A model generated the notes under the pieces. That model made no database searches and had not been told where the DNA came from. It saw nothing but the letters and a program-made list of their open reading frames with translations. A stretch of DNA of 64,000 nucleotides from positions 11,998-75,997 of the forward strand of contig JBBCKI010000013.1 of assembly GCA_037190965.1 (NCBI GenBank), read 5' to 3'. Within the stretch, counting starts at the first letter, position 1; each line of letters starts with the position of its first letter. A program made the position numbers and the translations under genes. The stretch is from Chthoniobacteraceae bacterium (GTDB lineage Bacteria > Verrucomicrobiota > Verrucomicrobiia > Chthoniobacterales > Chthoniobacteraceae). Of the stretch, positions 57,195 to 64,000 are shown one piece after another.

Positions 57195-57980
57195 GTGAAG
57201 TCTCCTGCCCGCCACGACTTTTCAGGACAGCTCAAATGGCTTCTTCTGGGAGGAATCCCTCTCGCCGTCGCGGTGGGATTATGGGCCATGGGGCCCATCG
57301 CCCAATCTGTGGCGTATCATCACTTTGCCGATCGGCGTCCCTTCCTGGGAATGCCCAATGGATGGGATGTCCTCAGTAACCTCCCGTTTCTGCTGGTCGG
57401 TCTCCTTGGTCTGTTTTCATTGTGCCGGGGCCGGGCTCCCGGGTGCCTTTCGGCGCTCCGACCTGCCTACATATGCTTTTTTGCCGGGACGGCTCTGGTG
57501 GGCCTCGGTTCGGCGTACTACCACCTCGCGCCGACCAACGAGACACTGGTTTGGGATCGCCTGCCGATGACCGTCGCGTTTATGGCTTTCTTTTCCATCG
57601 TTGTCGGGGAACACCTTGGGGCAAACAAAGGGGCACGGTTGCTGGTTCCGCTTCTCATTGTCGGGGGGCTCTCCGTGGTCTACTGGGCTCTTACGGAGAG
57701 GGCCGGTCACGGCGATTTGCGGCCCTACATCTTCGTGCAGTTTGTTCCGCTGCTTCTTGTGCCGGTGATCCTCCTTCTGTTTCCATCCGCGCTTTCAGGG
57801 AGCGGCTATTTTTGGGGAGTGCTGGCCGCTTACGGGGTGGCAAAGGCCTTGGAGCATTGGGATGTGCCCATCTTCCATGCTTTAGGAGGATTGAGCGGAC
57901 ACACGCTTAAACACCTTGCGGCTGCTCTTGGCACTTTTTTTGTATGGCTGGCCGTGACCCGGCGAAGACCCGTTGCCTAA
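57195..57980 (+). CDS. Ceramidase-domain (CREST superfamily) membrane protein
   Basis: SNLPF, GSAYYH, WDRLPM and GHTLKH motifs; multiple TM segments. Confidence 0.88.
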   Translation: MKSPARHDFSGQLKWLLLGGIPLAVAVGLWAMGPIAQSVAYHHFADRRPFLGMPNGWDVLSNLPFLLVGLLGLFSLCRGRAPGCLSALRPAYICFFAGTALVGLGSAYYHLAPTNETLVWDRLPMTVAFMAFFSIVVGEHLGANKGARLLVPLLIVGGLSVVYWALTERAGHGDLRPYIFVQFVPLLLVPVILLLFPSALSGSGYFWGVLAAYGVAKALEHWDVPIFHALGGLSGHTLKHLAAALGTFFVWLAVTRRRPVA

Positions 57981-57988
57981 CCCTGGAG

Positions 57989-58390
57989 CTAACCGATCCG
58001 TTCGGGAACGTGATCGACCGCCTTCAGGTCGGAGATCAGGTAGGCGTGCAGCATGACCCAGACCCAGTAAAATGGCAGAACCAGGAACTGGAACCCCATG
58101 CTCACCATCCAGACAACGCCAATGAAGAAGAGGGCAAGGAAGGTTCCCGCCAGATACGCAATTCCCATCTTTACGTGTCCTTTGAAGATATGCCCTGCAC
58201 CGGGAATGATGCTTATCGCGGCGGCGATAATGTCGCGTGAAGTCCCGGCGGTTACGGGCAGGCGGTGCCGATACCCTTTTACCCAATCGCACTTCGTGCA
58301 TTCGGTGGCTCTGGCGGGAAGCATTTCCCCGCAGAGAGGGCAGGGGAATGGCGAGTTTCGAGCGGAAGCGTTTACTTCGTGCGCAGGCAT
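57989..58390 (-). CDS. Zinc-ribbon membrane protein
   Basis: CPLC...CTKC followed by SIIPGAGH and TM segments. Confidence 0.75.
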   Translation of the reverse strand: MPAHEVNASARNSPFPCPLCGEMLPARATECTKCDWVKGYRHRLPVTAGTSRDIIAAAISIIPGAGHIFKGHVKMGIAYLAGTFLALFFIGVVWMVSMGFQFLVLPFYWVWVMLHAYLISDLKAVDHVPERIG

Positions 58391-58437
58391 CGTTAGGCTC
58401 CTCAGAGGGTTGAATTGATTGATGTTAAGTAAAGCTT

Positions 58438-59226
58438 ATGGCTAAATCTTCCTCTAGTAAAACTGTTAATTCGATTCCCTTGCGGGATGTGGTGGTCTAT
58501 CTGGAGAAGCTTCTCGACCATCAGAAGATTGCGGACTGGAGTCAGGCGCTCAATGGGCTTCATGTGGAGAACAACGGCCGTGTGAGCCGGATCGGGGCCG
58601 CCGTGGATGCCTGCGAGACGACGCTGGAGATGGCCGCAAGCCGGGGCATCGATTTGCTGCTGGTGCACCACGGTCTTTTCTGGAGCGGAGCCCAACGGGT
58701 GGAGGGGCCAAACTACCGCAAGCTCAAACGGGCGTTCGACGCCAATATCGCCGTTTTCAGCTCTCACCTGCCGCTGGATCTTCACCCGAAGTTCGGAAAC
58801 AACGCCTTGCTGGCGCGCGCGTTGGGATTCCGCAAGATGGAACCATTTTTCCCGGAGAAGGGGGCGCTCATAGGCCTAAAGGTCGAGACGAAGCTCGACA
58901 GGGAGGCTTTGAGGAAGCGTCTGGAAAAGGCGGTGGGAGGACCGGTCAAGCTCATCCCCGGCGGTCCGAGGGAAACGAAGGCGATCGGCATTGTCACCGG
59001 TGGCGCGGGCGGGGAGGTTTTCAAAGCGGCGGCGGAAGGTGTCGATACTTTCATCACCGGGGAGGGGCCGCACTGGAGTTACACGGCGGCTGAGGAACTG
59101 GGGCTCAACGTTTATCACGCTGGCCATTACGCGACCGAGACCTTCGGGGTCAAAGCCCTCGCGGAGCATCTGTCGAAGAAGTACCGCCTCCCGTGGGAGT
59201 TCCTTGATCACCCAACGGGACTATAA
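58438..59226 (+). CDS. Nif3-like dinuclear metal center protein
   Basis: NGLHVE, HHGLFW, HLPLD-HP-FGNN and GHYATE motifs. Confidence 0.93.
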   Translation: MAKSSSSKTVNSIPLRDVVVYLEKLLDHQKIADWSQALNGLHVENNGRVSRIGAAVDACETTLEMAASRGIDLLLVHHGLFWSGAQRVEGPNYRKLKRAFDANIAVFSSHLPLDLHPKFGNNALLARALGFRKMEPFFPEKGALIGLKVETKLDREALRKRLEKAVGGPVKLIPGGPRETKAIGIVTGGAGGEVFKAAAEGVDTFITGEGPHWSYTAAEELGLNVYHAGHYATETFGVKALAEHLSKKYRLPWEFLDHPTGL

Positions 59227-59606
59227 TGAACCCGAGGCGACTATCGGCAAAACGTCTTACCCGTGGTGGAATTTTCGGGTTGATCCTATTCTCTGCTGCA
59301 TTCGTTGTCTTCCTGCCGCTTATTGTTCCTGCGAGCATAATCCTAAGCCTGCTCCACGGAAATAAGCTTCGCAGAATCGCTCGATCCACAAAGTGCCAGA
59401 AGTGTGGCAACATACTCGGGCTTGAAGCCCTGGCTATTGCAGATGCAGAATGGGCTGCCCACGTAGCGGAGCTACGCAAGGCCTATCCAGATTGTCGATT
59501 GCGGCTCGTGCGGGAAGTTGACGCTGTATGTCCGCATTGCGACACGCAATATGCTTTTTTTGAGAAAGAAAATGAACTTAGAGTTCATCCCGCTAGGGAG
59601 TCATAA
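59226..59606 (+). CDS. Hypothetical membrane-anchored zinc-ribbon protein
   Basis: N-terminal TM, CQKC and CPHC; ATG overlaps the upstream stop. Confidence 0.65.
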   Translation: MNPRRLSAKRLTRGGIFGLILFSAAFVVFLPLIVPASIILSLLHGNKLRRIARSTKCQKCGNILGLEALAIADAEWAAHVAELRKAYPDCRLRLVREVDAVCPHCDTQYAFFEKENELRVHPARES

Positions 59607-59720
59607 TCTCGTTTGAATGCGAAAATTGCTGGCCGCGGGCGCACAGTTCGTCAATGAAGTGCTTTGGCGCTGGAACGGTCATGCTCCCGCTCTCCCTCTG
59701 CCGCTTTCCTGCCTTCATAC

Positions 59721-59760
59721 AAAAAAAAACCGCCGCGCTCCGGGAATCGGAGCGCGGCGG
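59721..59760 (-). terminator. Intrinsic terminator of acnA
   Basis: CCGCCGCGCTCCG / CGGAGCGCGGCGG stem with an A9 run on the + strand. Confidence 0.85.
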
Positions 59761-59781
59761 CTTACTGAAGTCAGTTACCTC

Positions 59782-62628
<2,847 letters not shown>

Positions 62629-62790
62629 TGTGAATAAGTGTTTTGGGATGGAAACAGAAAAGCCGACATGGGCTTTCCCGGCAAGGAATGTCTTCTGTTT
62701 TTAAGAAGGCGAGGTGTCCGGGATTGTGGAGGGGACGCTCCGCATTGCGAGGCGTCCCCTGAGAGCTGGAATCTGCTGGAAAGCGGCTTT

Positions 62791-63270
62791 TTAGGCGAGT
62801 TCCGCCAGCTTTGCTTTGATCGCCTCAAAATTCGGCAGATCTTTCGGCGTTGGCGTCTGCTCGGAGTATTGGATGACGCCGTTCTTATCGATGACAAACG
62901 CGGCGCGGGCGGCGGTGGCTCCGAAGCCGAGAAGATCGGCCAGCAGAACGCCGTAGTCGGCGGACGTGGTTTTGTTCAGGTCGCTTGCCAGCGTCAGCGA
63001 GATCTTTTCTTTCTGCGCCCAGGCGTCCTGAGCGAAGGGGCTGTCCACGCTGATGGCGATGACCTTGGCATTGAGCGTCTCAAAAGCGCCCAGCCCGGCG
63101 GTGACGTCGCACATCTCCTGGGTGCAAACGCCCGTGAAGGCGAGGGGGAAGAAAAGGAGAACGGTGTTGCTGCTGCCGAAGTTGCTGCTCAGCGTAACAT
63201 CGGAGACGGCGTCGCCTTTTTTGGACTTGAGGGTGAAGTCAGGAGCTTTGTTGCCGACGGGAAGTGCCAT
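62791..63270 (-). CDS. Peroxiredoxin (AhpC/TSA, AhpE-like)
   Basis: FFPLAFTGVCTQE peroxidatic motif. Confidence 0.92.
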   Translation of the reverse strand: MALPVGNKAPDFTLKSKKGDAVSDVTLSSNFGSSNTVLLFFPLAFTGVCTQEMCDVTAGLGAFETLNAKVIAISVDSPFAQDAWAQKEKISLTLASDLNKTTSADYGVLLADLLGFGATAARAAFVIDKNGVIQYSEQTPTPKDLPNFEAIKAKLAELA

Positions 63271-63343
63271 AAATAAGAGAATTAAATGTTGAGAGTCTTT
63301 TGGCTTTTCTTAAGTTGCCGAGCGGAGAACTGCAATCTTCAAA

Positions 63344-63829
63344 ATGGACATCCTCTGGTGGAGCTTGACCGTAGTGCTCATGTTGACGGGGCTGGTGGGA
63401 ACGGTGGTGCCGTTCATCCCCGGCGCCTTGCTCATTTTCGCGGGGGCGGTATTGCACCGGGTCACCCTTGGGCCGAATGAGAGCGTGGGCTGGGCAACCC
63501 TTGCCGTGCTATTGGTTCTGATGCTGTTCTCCTACGTGATCGAATTCCTGAGCGGCAGCCTGGGCGCGCGATATTTCGGGGCGACCCGGTGGGGGATCAT
63601 CGGCGGAATTGCCGGGGGCGTCGTGGGGATTTTTTTCGGGATCCCCGGCTTGATCATCGGGCCCTTGCTTGGGGTTCTGTTGGGAGAACTGGCGGCGGGG
63701 CAAAAATTGCTCCCTGCCACCAAATCGACCTGGGGGACTCTGATCGGGACCGCGGCGGGAATGGTCGCCAAGCTGGGGATTGCTCTCGTAATGATCGGCT
63801 GGTTTGCCGTGGCGCTGATGATTCGTTAG
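63344..63829 (+). CDS. DUF456 family membrane protein
   Basis: GTVVPFIPG, FGATRWG and GP-LG-LLGE motifs; hydrophobic throughout. Confidence 0.85.
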   Translation: MDILWWSLTVVLMLTGLVGTVVPFIPGALLIFAGAVLHRVTLGPNESVGWATLAVLLVLMLFSYVIEFLSGSLGARYFGATRWGIIGGIAGGVVGIFFGIPGLIIGPLLGVLLGELAAGQKLLPATKSTWGTLIGTAAGMVAKLGIALVMIGWFAVALMIR

Positions 63830-63877
63830 GTTGCTCGGGGCGGTCGGTTCCTCGTTGTTTCCTCGTTCCCAAACTCT

Positions 63878-64000
63878 GAGACTGTGTGAAAACACACCTA
63901 CGTCATTGAAAGCCTGAGAGAGGGAGATCAGGATGAAGGGCGATGAGATTCATTGCCGGAGTAGACCGCTCGCAACGCCAGCTTCTGCCGGAGAGCCTTG
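63878..64000. mobile_element. Possible end of an IS/MITE inserted into a REP palindrome (cut by the window edge)
   Basis: CTCGTTCCCAAACTCT half-REP is followed abruptly by GAGACTGTGTGAAAAC, which resembles IS terminal repeats; no transposase visible. Confidence 0.35.

Overview
High-GC bacterial chromosome segment, most likely Verrucomicrobia/PVC (inferred from a PEP-CTERM protein, a PVC-type prepilin, a double-length UvrA and an ECF sigma factor with a C-terminal extension). It holds housekeeping genes (rplU, rpmA, rpsP, ffh, purB, uvrA, acnA, HU/IHF, dGTPase, sbcD), a type II secretion-like cluster (GspG-H-I-J-K-L-M-C-D plus an aspartyl protease, no GspE/F), metabolic genes, and several families of intergenic REP/REPIN and MITE-like repeats. 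The best candidate for an undescribed system is the heme-uptake locus at about 48.9-56.1 kb. There, hemS-hmuTUV has no TonB-dependent receptor in the window and is instead preceded by an AraC activator, a PEP-CTERM surface protein and a prepilin-type (F-X9-DG) protein. The promoters of those three genes share a 21-bp-periodic GCAA tandem motif followed by an extended -10. Directly downstream is an ORF missing from the supplied track: a ribbon-helix-helix-like protein with a Lys/Pro/Ala-rich tail that appears to start at ATC, divergent from a paralog. I recognised no tRNA, rRNA, CRISPR array, integrase or transposase gene. All product calls come from motif recognition by eye, not from database searches.
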